This document shows, in pieces, positions 31,190-40,982 of a stretch of 58,813 nt of DNA; the stretch's first letter is position 1, and every line of letters begins with the position of its first letter. A model generated the notes under the pieces. It was given only the letters and a program-made list of their open reading frames with translations. It made no database searches and had not been told where the DNA came from. The stretch is from Planctomycetota bacterium (GTDB taxonomy: Bacteria; Planctomycetota; Planctomycetia; JALXBF01), in assembly GCA_026991575.1 (NCBI GenBank), contig JALXBF010000095.1:1-58813 (forward strand). The letters run 5' to 3'. The position numbers and the translations under genes are program-made.

Positions 31190-32278
31190 ATGTGCCAATC
31201 GCCTATCGTACTCCTTGTCCTGAGTGTTGCCCTCGCCGGGCAACAGCAAGACATGCCGACTCGCACGGAAAGCGTGCTGCTACTGACCGACGGCCGCGTT
31301 CTGGTCGGCCGGGTCGAACCGGTAACCAACGGCTACAGTGTGGTCCGGGCGTACGGACGGATCACGATCCCGGCCGAGAAGGTCGAGCGGGTCTTCCCCG
31401 ACATGAAGGCTGCCTATCGCTACCGCCGTCGGCAACTGAATGGTGGCGAAGCGTCCGAATATGTCGAGCTGGCCTATTGGTGCCTCAAGTATCGGCTGTT
31501 CGATGAGGCGGAGGACTGCGTTCGCGAGGCGCTGGAACTTGACCCGGGCAACGACCGGATCCGACGTCTTGCGCGTCAGGTGCGGAAGCTCCGCGAAATG
31601 GCAGCCCGTCCGGTGCCGGCCACCCGAAGCCTTCTGGCCGCGTCGGCTGAAGCACGCCTGGCTGATACCGGTGGCAGGCCGATCCCCCCGGAGGCGGTAC
31701 GGCTGTTTGCGGCTCGCATCCAGCCGATGATCACACGCCGCTGCGCTGCGGCTTCCTGCCACGGTCCTACGACCACGCGGACCTTCCCTCTTTGGCCGAG
31801 CATCACCCCGGCGCCTGCTGTGACACACTACAACGCGCGCCAGCTCATGAAATACGTCAACTACAGCTCACCGGCCGACAGCCCACTCCTGCGCATGGCC
31901 ACGATCGCACACGGCGGCGCCCGCTTCGCACCGCTTCAGCGGCCGAGGCAGGCGAAGGCAATCGCCTGGCTTCACCGCTGGGTGGAGACCCTTACCCGCC
32001 CGAGCGGCGCAGCTGGCCGTGACAACCCGGCTGACGCAGCCGTGCCGGTGCCTCCGGAGGTAGCTCCCGAACCTGAGACCGGCTCGGGCACGGAACCCCA
32101 GCATGAAGCCCCACGCGAACTTCCTGAGCAGCTGCGCCCAAGCCCAGAGCGTCAGCGGCCAGCGGCGACCAGCCGCGATCCCTTCGATCCAGAAGCGTTC
32201 AACAGACGGTTCGCGCCCCCGGCTTCAGCTGGGGACGACCAGGCTGACGCCGACGACAACGGTCACGATCGCGGCTGA
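31190..32278 (+). CDS. Secreted hypothetical protein with TPR-like region and CX4CH motif
   Basis: Signal peptide; ELAYWC..ALELDP TPR-like segment; FAARIQPMITRRCAAASCHG; Pro/Glu-rich tail. Confidence 0.7.
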   Translation: MCQSPIVLLVLSVALAGQQQDMPTRTESVLLLTDGRVLVGRVEPVTNGYSVVRAYGRITIPAEKVERVFPDMKAAYRYRRRQLNGGEASEYVELAYWCLKYRLFDEAEDCVREALELDPGNDRIRRLARQVRKLREMAARPVPATRSLLAASAEARLADTGGRPIPPEAVRLFAARIQPMITRRCAAASCHGPTTTRTFPLWPSITPAPAVTHYNARQLMKYVNYSSPADSPLLRMATIAHGGARFAPLQRPRQAKAIAWLHRWVETLTRPSGAAGRDNPADAAVPVPPEVAPEPETGSGTEPQHEAPRELPEQLRPSPERQRPAATSRDPFDPEAFNRRFAPPASAGDDQADADDNGHDRG

Positions 32279-32283
32279 GCTGA

Positions 32284-34044
32284 CTACAAGCGAAAGCCCC
32301 GCGTCACCGCCGCGGCGCGCTGAAGCATTTTCGACAGCCGATCGGCTAGCTCAACGAGTCGGGCCAGCTCCGTGCGCTGCTCTTCGTCGGCCGACCTCGC
32401 ACCGGCCAGCTGGCGTCGTCGGGTAGCGATGGCCTCCGTCCAGCGTTCCGCTGCGCGTTGGAACTGAAGCAAGGTCAGCACGTCCCGCACGCGGATTAGT
32501 ACCTCCAATTGAAGCTCGATGAGGTCGGCTTGATCAGCCAGCGTCTCGTAATCGGCCTGTGCCATCAATTGCTGAAGCCATGCGCGCGCCGTGGCATGCT
32601 CATCATCGTGAGGTTTCAGGAGCCGCTCCAACCGGGCTAGCCGCTTCCGTATCCGGGGGTCGTCGGGCACCAGTCTCGCAAGTTGCTGCAGCGTGCGGTG
32701 TGCCCCGAGCCAATCGAACGCGTCCAGTTGCCTGGACAGCTGGTTCCGCAGCCGCTCGACTTCCTGCTGCTTCTTGACCACGGCCAGCCAGCGATGAAAC
32801 GGTTCCAGGTTCATCGGCGTTGCGGCGGCGTCGATCGCCTTGGCCGTGCGTTCCAGAAGCTTCCAGCCGGTGGGGGCCGATAGCTGCGCCTGCTGGCGGA
32901 TGTCGGCCAGTTCGCCGCGCCACGTTGTCACCGGCGGGGCTGCCCGGCCCGCCACATCCAACAGGCGCTGAACCGCTTCGAGATCCTTGCGATCGGTTGC
33001 TTCCTTCAGGCGCCGGAGCAGGTCGAGCTGCCACTGTCGATACGCCGTCGCCTCACGCAGAAGCTCTCGGCAGCGTGCGTAGGCCAGCACGTGGGATCGG
33101 GCGACGGGCAGAACGACATCGCCGGTATCAGCCCTGATCCCCAGAGGCTGACGCTGAGCAATTCCGGCATACCGCACTTCGACGACGGGCACTCGATCGA
33201 GCCTGACGCTAAGCTGCGCCTGGCCGATGCCGTCGGCGCTTAGCCGCTGAGCCGGCGAAAGCGACACCTCGCCACCGGCGATGCTGCCGTACAGCAGCGT
33301 GATGCCTGCGGCAGGCAGCGGTCGCTTGCGGCGCCCCCGCGCAGCCAGCGTCACTACCACGCTCCCCTGGGGCAGAACGACCAATGCCTCCCCGGCACGT
33401 GGCATCCCTACTGACTGATCGTTCCAGAACCGCACGGGCAAACACCTGCCGCCGTCTCCCTCCCAGCCAACCAGCAGCCATGCTCGCGGGGCCCCGGCCG
33501 CCCGGTTCAACGGGATGACGGTACGCGGGCAGTCCACCAGGAGGCCGCACCAGTCCTGCTTCCGGTCGCGTAGGCCAACAAGTCCCAGGCCTGGGACATT
33601 GCCCCCCTCGAGTTCGGCATCGGCTTCCGCTTGCCAGCGCGCCGGCCACGGGAGCACCTGCCAAAGCAGGCGCTGCAACTCCTCGGAGGCCCTTGCCGGA
33701 TGACCGATTCTCCTCGTGCACCGGACCGTGAGAAAGCCCGGCGCCGTCCAGGAGACATGCAGCTCAATCCCGGAGGCTGCGGCGACAACGCGCACGGAAA
33801 GTTCTTCGCTACCGAGGACCGCTTTCCTCGCCCCGGGATCGACCACCCCATTCCAGAGTGTCAGCCAGCTCCGCACCGCATCCACGGCAGCCTTGCGGAG
33901 ACTGCCTTCATCGGGCCCCGATACGACGATACGGACGCCCTCTCTGGCCAGCGTAACGGGAGGCGCATCGCCACAGAGCCCACCCGCGGGCGCGCTGAGC
34001 GCCAGTGCGATCAGGAGCGAGTTTCTCAGGCACGCGGTACGCAT
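32284..34044 (-). CDS. Secreted hypothetical protein
   Basis: N-terminal signal peptide, beta-rich middle, helical C-terminus; start overlaps the stop of the upstream gene. Confidence 0.65.
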   Translation of the reverse strand: MRTACLRNSLLIALALSAPAGGLCGDAPPVTLAREGVRIVVSGPDEGSLRKAAVDAVRSWLTLWNGVVDPGARKAVLGSEELSVRVVAAASGIELHVSWTAPGFLTVRCTRRIGHPARASEELQRLLWQVLPWPARWQAEADAELEGGNVPGLGLVGLRDRKQDWCGLLVDCPRTVIPLNRAAGAPRAWLLVGWEGDGGRCLPVRFWNDQSVGMPRAGEALVVLPQGSVVVTLAARGRRKRPLPAAGITLLYGSIAGGEVSLSPAQRLSADGIGQAQLSVRLDRVPVVEVRYAGIAQRQPLGIRADTGDVVLPVARSHVLAYARCRELLREATAYRQWQLDLLRRLKEATDRKDLEAVQRLLDVAGRAAPPVTTWRGELADIRQQAQLSAPTGWKLLERTAKAIDAAATPMNLEPFHRWLAVVKKQQEVERLRNQLSRQLDAFDWLGAHRTLQQLARLVPDDPRIRKRLARLERLLKPHDDEHATARAWLQQLMAQADYETLADQADLIELQLEVLIRVRDVLTLLQFQRAAERWTEAIATRRRQLAGARSADEEQRTELARLVELADRLSKMLQRAAAVTRGFRL

Positions 34045-36356
34045 CAGTCGTTCCGGGGCCGCTGTCCCTGTGCAGACAGCCGTCGTGTGGCTTCCGACCG
34101 GAGCGTCAGTGTTGGCAGCGACTCAAGGAATTCCTCGGCACTTGGTGGTTCGCCGCGCGAGGCGATTGCGGTGCTACGTAGCAGCGGCTCCCAGACGTAC
34201 ACCCGTGGTTGGATGGTCCACAGAGGCACAACGTAATGGTGCTGGGTCAGCAGTCGTTCCAGAGTGCCGACTGCCTGCTGCCATAGCACCGGGTCGCGCG
34301 TGGTGCGAACCAGCGCGGCCAGCTGTTGGTAGCTGTCCTCTGCCGGCCCAAGCGGTGGCAGCCCGTATAACGGCATGGCGTCGCGACCAATGGACGCTAG
34401 AAACGGCAGTTCCCCCAGGCTCCACGAGTACTCCCAGTACAAGAGGTCGCACTCCGCCGACGCCGTCTGCCACTGGTCCCTGGCTATCGGTACGGGCTGG
34501 ATGCTTAGGCCGTCGGCGACCGCCATCCGACGCAACGCGTCTGCCAGCGTCGCGATGTGATCCCCCGCGAGCCAGGCGGGATAGCCGAACCGGATCGTCT
34601 CGGCCGGGCCGTGTGCCGCCAGGACCGGGAGGGAGCGGGGAGGAGTGGCCGAGCGTGCCGCCACGCGGTGGTGCGGTAGCTGGAGGTCGAACAAACGGCC
34701 AACTGGTCTGAGGCCACTGTAGCGCGCGGCAATCCGCCTGGCTGCTTCCTGGGCCCTTACGGCGACTATCTCACGCACCAGGGGGGCCGCTGCGGCCGGG
34801 CGAGCCATGTTAAACGCAAGGAACGCGGTAACCGGCGTCTGCACCGGAACACGTCGAACCGCACCCCATGGGTCGACCTGCCGTGGCGTCGGTGACACGA
34901 TCAGCACATGCCGCTGGCCGCGGGCCAGCCGTTGGAGCGCTTCGGCAAGAGGTCCCTTCGTCGCTACGAGCTGCGCTCTGCGAAAGCCGGCTATGCTTCC
35001 GCTCTTGGGGAACGTCACCTCCAGGTAGTGCCGGCCAGTTTGCTCTCTTGCCGCGTGCCCGCTCTGCCCCCCAACGGACGCAGCGTACGACGGCCACGGA
35101 GGAAGGTACCAGAGTGGCGGTCCCATGGGAACGTGGAGGCTGAGGCGGTTTGCTGCTGTCGCGGTCACCCGCACGGGATGAGCGTTGCACTGTGCCACAT
35201 AGTGCCGCACTGCGTTTGCCACTACCTCAGCAGAGGCCGAGTCTGCACCCGCCGAGCCATTGCCGGCTAGCCAGAGCAACAGGGTGTTTCCCCCCGGGGA
35301 TAGACGCCAATCGTCGACGGCCGTTCCGGGCTCACTGTACGAAAGTGAACGGATACGGCGCAGTGGTCGTTCGCTCAGGTAACGGAGCAAACAGTCCAGG
35401 TAGGCGATGGGCCGGTTGCAGCTGAGGGGGCCGAGATCCGGAAGGCGAGGCACTTCGATGAGCGCGGTGATCGGCTCGTACTGCAACCGGGCGCGGATCG
35501 AATCCAGGCCAGGGGTCTCTGGCCAGAGGCGTTCGGCCCGTTCCAGAAGCGACCATGCCCGCAGGAGCTGTCCATTATCGGCTGCTTGGGCGGCTTGAGC
35601 CAGCGCATCGCGCGCCGCCCGGCGGAGCGTGCCACGAGCCTCACGCACCGCGTGCGCCTGCGGATCCATTCGCAGCGCACGCTCCAGCAGATCGCGTGCT
35701 CGGTCCAGCTGCCCCTGGTCCAACGCATCGACGGCCTGATGGGCCCAGGCTATGGCGCGGAGCCGGCGAGCAAGCTGCCGTACGTCAGGAAAGCTGCTCT
35801 CGCACAACGGGCTAGCGAGCGCTTCGACTTGGTCGTACGCTCCGGTCTCCAGCGCACGCTGGGCACGCGCCATGCGTACCCGGTGCGATAAGTAGGCAGC
35901 TAGCTCCCAGCGGTGAGCAAGCCGGTTGAGCTCGTGCAGAACAGCGTCCGCCTCGTCCAGCTTCCCCGCACGCAGCGCACGGTAGGCCCGTGTCAGCAGT
36001 AGCTCTTCGTATGCCACGTGCCAGCTGATCGGACCGTACTCCGCGCTTTCCAGCAGGGGGCCCCGCTGCTCTGGTTCTAGGGCACGGACCGCAGTCGGAA
36101 AGCCCAAACGGATTTGTCGGGGCCGGCGTCGGCGCTCGAACTGCACGATGTCGATCGGGTCCGGCCAGCGCGGTGCTTGGTCCACGAACTTCCCGGCCAG
36201 ACGTTCCACCGCCCGGCATCGCGCCTCCAGTGCCTGTTGTTTCTCCTGGGCACGCACCCACGTCACCAACGCGATCACCCAGGCGGATGCCCCGATCAGA
36301 ACGGCAACGACGGTGCGCCGGCCACGGTGTCCGCGCCGACGCGGTCCGGACGTCAT
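34044..36356 (-). CDS. Membrane-anchored TPR protein with possible family-5 solute-binding-like C-terminus
   Basis: N-terminal TM, TPR-like helices (ALRMDP), C-terminal FLAFNMARP and YVVPLW segments resembling SBP_bac_5; start uncertain. Confidence 0.5.
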   Translation of the reverse strand: MTSGPRRRGHRGRRTVVAVLIGASAWVIALVTWVRAQEKQQALEARCRAVERLAGKFVDQAPRWPDPIDIVQFERRRRPRQIRLGFPTAVRALEPEQRGPLLESAEYGPISWHVAYEELLLTRAYRALRAGKLDEADAVLHELNRLAHRWELAAYLSHRVRMARAQRALETGAYDQVEALASPLCESSFPDVRQLARRLRAIAWAHQAVDALDQGQLDRARDLLERALRMDPQAHAVREARGTLRRAARDALAQAAQAADNGQLLRAWSLLERAERLWPETPGLDSIRARLQYEPITALIEVPRLPDLGPLSCNRPIAYLDCLLRYLSERPLRRIRSLSYSEPGTAVDDWRLSPGGNTLLLWLAGNGSAGADSASAEVVANAVRHYVAQCNAHPVRVTATAANRLSLHVPMGPPLWYLPPWPSYAASVGGQSGHAAREQTGRHYLEVTFPKSGSIAGFRRAQLVATKGPLAEALQRLARGQRHVLIVSPTPRQVDPWGAVRRVPVQTPVTAFLAFNMARPAAAAPLVREIVAVRAQEAARRIAARYSGLRPVGRLFDLQLPHHRVAARSATPPRSLPVLAAHGPAETIRFGYPAWLAGDHIATLADALRRMAVADGLSIQPVPIARDQWQTASAECDLLYWEYSWSLGELPFLASIGRDAMPLYGLPPLGPAEDSYQQLAALVRTTRDPVLWQQAVGTLERLLTQHHYVVPLWTIQPRVYVWEPLLRSTAIASRGEPPSAEEFLESLPTLTLRSEATRRLSAQGQRPRND

Positions 36357-36502
36357 AGGAATGGCGACTGGTAGTGGCCCGGGCGGTGTGCGCTTGAGCC
36401 TGGGGAGCCTTGCACCGCCGCAGGCGGTCGCGCTGGAAGGGGCAACGGTTTGCGGTGCTGGAAGCGTCAGCATGACGGTGTCGGGCGACGGTCGGGGCCG
36501 GC

Positions 36503-37672
36503 TCAGCCAAGCGAATCCAACGCGTGCCGGAACGCCTCGACCAACGGCTCGGTTTCTTCCACGCCACACGAAACGCGCAGCAGTCCTTCGGCGATGCCTG
36601 CCCGTGCTGCCTGCTCGGCTGTGAGCCGCCTGTGCGAGCTCGAGAGCGGATGCGTCAGCAGCGTGCAGACGTCGCCGAGCGTGGGCGCGAATGGAACGGC
36701 ATCCCCGATCGCACGCAGGAAACGATCGACCTCGGTCCGGTTGCCTGCCAGTTCGAACGCCAGCATTGTTCCCGGGTGCTCTCCGAGCACGCGCTGGGCA
36801 ACGCTATGGCTCGGGTGCTCGGGCAGCGCCGGGTAGAAGACCCGGCGCACCCGCGGATGCTCTCTGAGCGCCCGTGCCAGGGTTTGGGCATTCCGTTCGG
36901 CCTGGCGGTAGCGCAGTCGCAGCGTCTCCAGCCCACGGTCCAAAAGCCAACAGTCGAACGGACTGGCATTCATGCCCCACGTGGCAATCGTGTCCGCGAC
37001 TTGCTCGATCAGGTCCCTGGGGCCACAGGCGATGCCCACCATGCAGTCGCTGTGGCCGGCGAGCATCTTCGTAGCTGAATGGACGACGAGGTCCGCACCG
37101 AGCTCCAACGGATTGCACCCGATCGGGGTGGGGAACGTGTTGTCCACAACCAACAGGATTCCGTGTTTGCGGCACAGTTCTGCCAACGCGACGATGTCGA
37201 CCACCTGGATCAGCGGATTGCTGACCACTTCCACCAGGACGAGCCTGGTGTTGGACCGGATGGCTGACCGGAACGCGTCCAGATCCGCGGCTGGCACGAC
37301 GGTGGTCGCGATTCCCAGCCGGGGGAATGCCTCCCGCGCCAGCCGCAGCGTGCGGCCGTAGAGTTGGTCCGAGGCGATCCAGTGGCTCGTGCGGTCCAGC
37401 AGCGTCAATAACACAGCGGCGATAATTCCCATGCCCGACGACGCAGCACAGCCGGCAGCAGCACCCTCCAGCCGGGCGACCCGTTCGGCGATCCGAACCG
37501 CGTTCGGATTGCCCTCTCGCCCGTAGGTGAAGCCGTCGACTTCTCCGCGATACACCCGATCCAGGTGGTCTGTGTCGTCGGCACGGTAGACCACGCTGGG
37601 CATGATCGGCGGTACCAACGGCCTGGTGCTGCTGGTCGGCCACCGGCCCCTACGAACATCGAACGCTGCCAT
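36503..37672 (-). CDS. Cys/Met metabolism PLP enzyme (cystathionine gamma-synthase/lyase family)
   Basis: YGREGNPN, SSGMG, VDNTF, HSATKMLAGHSD, SPFDCWL, TLGDV, LLRVSCGVE. Confidence 0.92.
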   Translation of the reverse strand: MAAFDVRRGRWPTSSTRPLVPPIMPSVVYRADDTDHLDRVYRGEVDGFTYGREGNPNAVRIAERVARLEGAAAGCAASSGMGIIAAVLLTLLDRTSHWIASDQLYGRTLRLAREAFPRLGIATTVVPAADLDAFRSAIRSNTRLVLVEVVSNPLIQVVDIVALAELCRKHGILLVVDNTFPTPIGCNPLELGADLVVHSATKMLAGHSDCMVGIACGPRDLIEQVADTIATWGMNASPFDCWLLDRGLETLRLRYRQAERNAQTLARALREHPRVRRVFYPALPEHPSHSVAQRVLGEHPGTMLAFELAGNRTEVDRFLRAIGDAVPFAPTLGDVCTLLTHPLSSSHRRLTAEQAARAGIAEGLLRVSCGVEETEPLVEAFRHALDSLG

Positions 37673-37689
37673 GGGAACTTCCCGGGCTG

Positions 37690-38616
37690 ATGAGTGACCA
37701 CCGCAAAGGACAACTGCTGTTGCTCGCAGCGGCTGCGTTATGGAGTATCGGCGGGGCGCTGGCCAAGTGGATTGCCCTGCCGGGCCCTACCATGGCATGT
37801 TACCGCGCACTGTTCGCCGCGCTTGCGCTGCTACCGTTCCTGTGGCTGCGTGGGGCCCGTCCTAGCTTCCGTCCCGCCATGCTCGCGATGGCATGCTGTT
37901 TCATCGCGATGAATCTCACCTACGTCACGGCCATCACCAAGACCACTGCCGCGAACGCGATCATCTTGCAGTACACCGCGCCGATCTGGATGTTCCTGGG
38001 TAGCGTGTTCTGGCTAGGCGAGCCAATGGAGCGCCGTAGCCTGGTGGCCCTGGCGCTTGGGATGGCTGGCGTGGTGATCATTCTCGTGGGGCGTGATCCG
38101 GCTGATACGCTCGGTATCGTGTTAGGTCTGATAGCCGGGTTCTTCTACGCCGGAGTGGTCCTGTTCCTGCGGCTTCTGCGCGACCATGACCCGTTCTGGC
38201 TCACGTTCCTCAATCACGCAGCCGCCGGTCTGATTGGTCTTGCGCTGCTGTGGGCTGTCCCGTCCCTGGGTCCGGTCCGCGTCGCAGGAGACGATCTGTT
38301 CGGTTTGGTCCTCTACGGTGGCGTGCAGATGGCGCTGCCGTACGTGATTTTTTCCATGGCCATGAAGCGGGTCACGCCGCAGGAAGCTGGTATCTTGACG
38401 TTGTTGGAGCCAGTGCTTAATCCCATCATCACGTTCTTGACGGTGGGCGAGGTACCGGCAGCGAGCACGGTTGTCGGCGGTACCGTGATCCTTGGGGCGG
38501 TCGCCCTCCGCTACGTGGGTGGCGACGGCGGCGACGACGACGCGACGGACTCAGAGTCTGCCCGGCCGCCTGCCGTTCCCAGCCCCGGCGACCGGAACGC
38601 TGCTCGCAGCGTATAG
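37690..38616 (+). CDS. DMT/EamA family transporter
   Basis: About 10 TM with two EamA repeats; ANAIILQYTAP, LLEPV. Confidence 0.88.
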   Translation: MSDHRKGQLLLLAAAALWSIGGALAKWIALPGPTMACYRALFAALALLPFLWLRGARPSFRPAMLAMACCFIAMNLTYVTAITKTTAANAIILQYTAPIWMFLGSVFWLGEPMERRSLVALALGMAGVVIILVGRDPADTLGIVLGLIAGFFYAGVVLFLRLLRDHDPFWLTFLNHAAAGLIGLALLWAVPSLGPVRVAGDDLFGLVLYGGVQMALPYVIFSMAMKRVTPQEAGILTLLEPVLNPIITFLTVGEVPAASTVVGGTVILGAVALRYVGGDGGDDDATDSESARPPAVPSPGDRNAARSV

Positions 38617-40982
38617 CCCGCGAGAGCTAACCAGGTCAAGCTCGACAGGACGGCGCCGAGCGCGAATCCTGGCGGGCGATAGCGCAGGGTGACATCCAAC
38701 GGTGACGACCCGTGGATGGGCAAGGCGGTGAAGACCCCGTTGGCCGACAGCAGCGGGACTTGACGAGTGTGGCCCGACGCATGAGCCGTCCAGCCGGGAA
38801 AGTGCGCGAACTTCTCGGCCAGAACCACGTAGCCTGGGGGACAGTTGGCGACGGCGAGCTCTCGGGTGTGATTCGCCTTGCGGCGATACCGGACCGGGAT
38901 CGCTCGCACAGGGTGCCTGACGACTCGCTCCAGCCGCTTTCTCAGCGCCCTCGGTACGGGCTCGCGGTACGGGTCCCAGGCAATGGCATCAGCTAGCGCC
39001 GTAGCGCCGACGTTCACGACCGCCAGGACGTTGGGCAGTTCGCCCAAGAGAGCCAGCTCGCTTGCGCCCAGTTCAACGAACACCCATGCTTCCGGGTCGA
39101 AAGGTAGTTCGTCGATGAGCCGGTAGACAGCCAGTCGACGTGCGGCCCGTCGACTACCGAGGACGACGATTGCCCGATGGGCGAACCAGGCGCGGGGCTG
39201 CGCAAGCGGATTCTCGAACAGGTACGGGCCGTCGCTCCAGTGCGGCTGGGCGTAAGGGCTTTCGGGAAACGTGCCGCGAAGCTCGAGCGGCACCAGCCGT
39301 CGCAACAGCCGGCCATGCCAGTCAGGCCCGGTGACGATCGGTTCAGGTCGGCTGCTACTGACCCATCGCACAGAAGCCAGCGCCCAGAACCGCTCCGGAT
39401 GGCGTGCCCGGTAGGAGGCTTCTACGAAAGGGGGGATATCCCGGCCGTACCTGCCCTCGGCACCCAGGTAGTCGAGCAGCCACATATGGTCCCAGCCGAC
39501 CATGGTTTCCAAACCGAGGGGGGCTGTGATGTGCTCGATCCCCCAGTTCCTGTCGCGCGACTCGAGCACGTGCACGCGGTGACGGCTCTCGCTGCGGGCA
39601 ACTGACTGCCAGAGCGCGTTGGCCCGTTGCTCGGTGCGGATATCTCTAACCGGACTTGGCGGCGAACGCCATGCGAGGTTTTCGCCGATCGCGGCCATGA
39701 CCGCTGCCACGGCCAGAAAGGCCGCCAGCAAGCGGGCACGACCGAGCCGCTGCGCGAGCCCGAGCCACCGTAGCAGATGGCTGATGCCCCCGGCCAGCAA
39801 TAGCGCAACGGCTGCGTAGAACAGCATCAAGGCCCGCTGGGGGATCCGCTGGTAGCGGAATCCCGGAAACGTGTACCACAGCGCGACGAATGCCTCCGGC
39901 CTGACCGCAACCACCAGGCCGACGACAGCCACGAACAGCAGTCCGATGCGGCCTTGCCGAGAGAGCGCGGGGTTCGTGACCCCGATGGCAGCCAGGGCAA
40001 GCGGCAACAGCAGCCAGCAGCCGGCGGTCGCTGCCGCCGTGGGGTCCAGTGGCCAGGCGACCAGGGGAGGGGGGAATTCGATGATCGGAGCTGCGGCCGT
40101 CCAGGGCTCCAGTCCGCCGGCTCGGTTGGAAACCGGCATCAGGGCCAAGGCCGGGAGCAGCTTGACCGCTGCGCCAGCCAGGGCGACGGCGGCCATGGCC
40201 CCACACGCCACGACCGCGCGGACTCGGCGATGGCGGGGGACCCGAGGGGGGCAGAGTGCTGCGGTGGCCAGCAACGTGGCCACGCCTACGCCGCTGTAGA
40301 GTGTGGCGGTAGCTCCGCCGGCAAGGAACTGGATCGCCACCAGCCCGCCGCTGAGCAGTACCGGCCCTACGATTGCCCCGTGCCGGCTAAACGCCTTGAT
40401 CGCGGAGGCCAGTACGAGTGGCGTGAAGCAGGCGGCGACGACGATCGGCCCGTGGCCCTGGACTGTGTGTTCGACAAGAATTGCGCTCGTTTCATAGAAG
40501 GCACCGGCCGCCAGGGCTGCGATCCAGCGAGCGGTCAGCGGCAACCCGGTCGGATCAAGTAGCCAGAGGGCGGCTGCATAGGTAGCTGCACCGGCCAGAG
40601 CAAGATGGAGCAGGAAGGTCCAGGTGCTGACCAGTTCCGGGGGGAGCAGGAGGAGAAGGGCAGTCGTGAGCGAGAAGACGCCGATTTGGGCCTTGGGCAA
40701 GAAGGGCTCACCGCAGTAGATGTGATCCGTCCACAACGGCATTTCATGCTGCTGGCGGATAGTCCGGTACAGGATGGTGTTCCAGACGTAGAAGAGGGGG
40801 GTCAGATCACCGGCTCGGAACGGCTCGTCGGGCCCGCCGCGCTGGGGTAGGCGGTAGGGGAGAAGCCAGGTGGGGAACAGGCTGCAGGCGAGCGCGGCGA
40901 AGAGAGCGATGGCCGCCAGGTGCATGGGCCATGTACGGACGCGTGGAGTTGTGACCGTGCTTGGCGGATCGATGCCCATCAA
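38511..40982 (-). CDS. YfhO-like GT-C membrane glycosyltransferase (second copy)
   Basis: GDLTP, PLWTDHIYCGEPF, many TMs, C-terminal EKFAHFPGW..ANGVF..LRYRP. Confidence 0.75.
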   Translation of the reverse strand: MMGIDPPSTVTTPRVRTWPMHLAAIALFAALACSLFPTWLLPYRLPQRGGPDEPFRAGDLTPLFYVWNTILYRTIRQQHEMPLWTDHIYCGEPFLPKAQIGVFSLTTALLLLLPPELVSTWTFLLHLALAGAATYAAALWLLDPTGLPLTARWIAALAAGAFYETSAILVEHTVQGHGPIVVAACFTPLVLASAIKAFSRHGAIVGPVLLSGGLVAIQFLAGGATATLYSGVGVATLLATAALCPPRVPRHRRVRAVVACGAMAAVALAGAAVKLLPALALMPVSNRAGGLEPWTAAAPIIEFPPPLVAWPLDPTAAATAGCWLLLPLALAAIGVTNPALSRQGRIGLLFVAVVGLVVAVRPEAFVALWYTFPGFRYQRIPQRALMLFYAAVALLLAGGISHLLRWLGLAQRLGRARLLAAFLAVAAVMAAIGENLAWRSPPSPVRDIRTEQRANALWQSVARSESRHRVHVLESRDRNWGIEHITAPLGLETMVGWDHMWLLDYLGAEGRYGRDIPPFVEASYRARHPERFWALASVRWVSSSRPEPIVTGPDWHGRLLRRLVPLELRGTFPESPYAQPHWSDGPYLFENPLAQPRAWFAHRAIVVLGSRRAARRLAVYRLIDELPFDPEAWVFVELGASELALLGELPNVLAVVNVGATALADAIAWDPYREPVPRALRKRLERVVRHPVRAIPVRYRRKANHTRELAVANCPPGYVVLAEKFAHFPGWTAHASGHTRQVPLLSANGVFTALPIHGSSPLDVTLRYRPPGFALGAVLSSLTWLALAGYTLRAAFRSPGLGTAGGRADSESVASSSPPSPPT

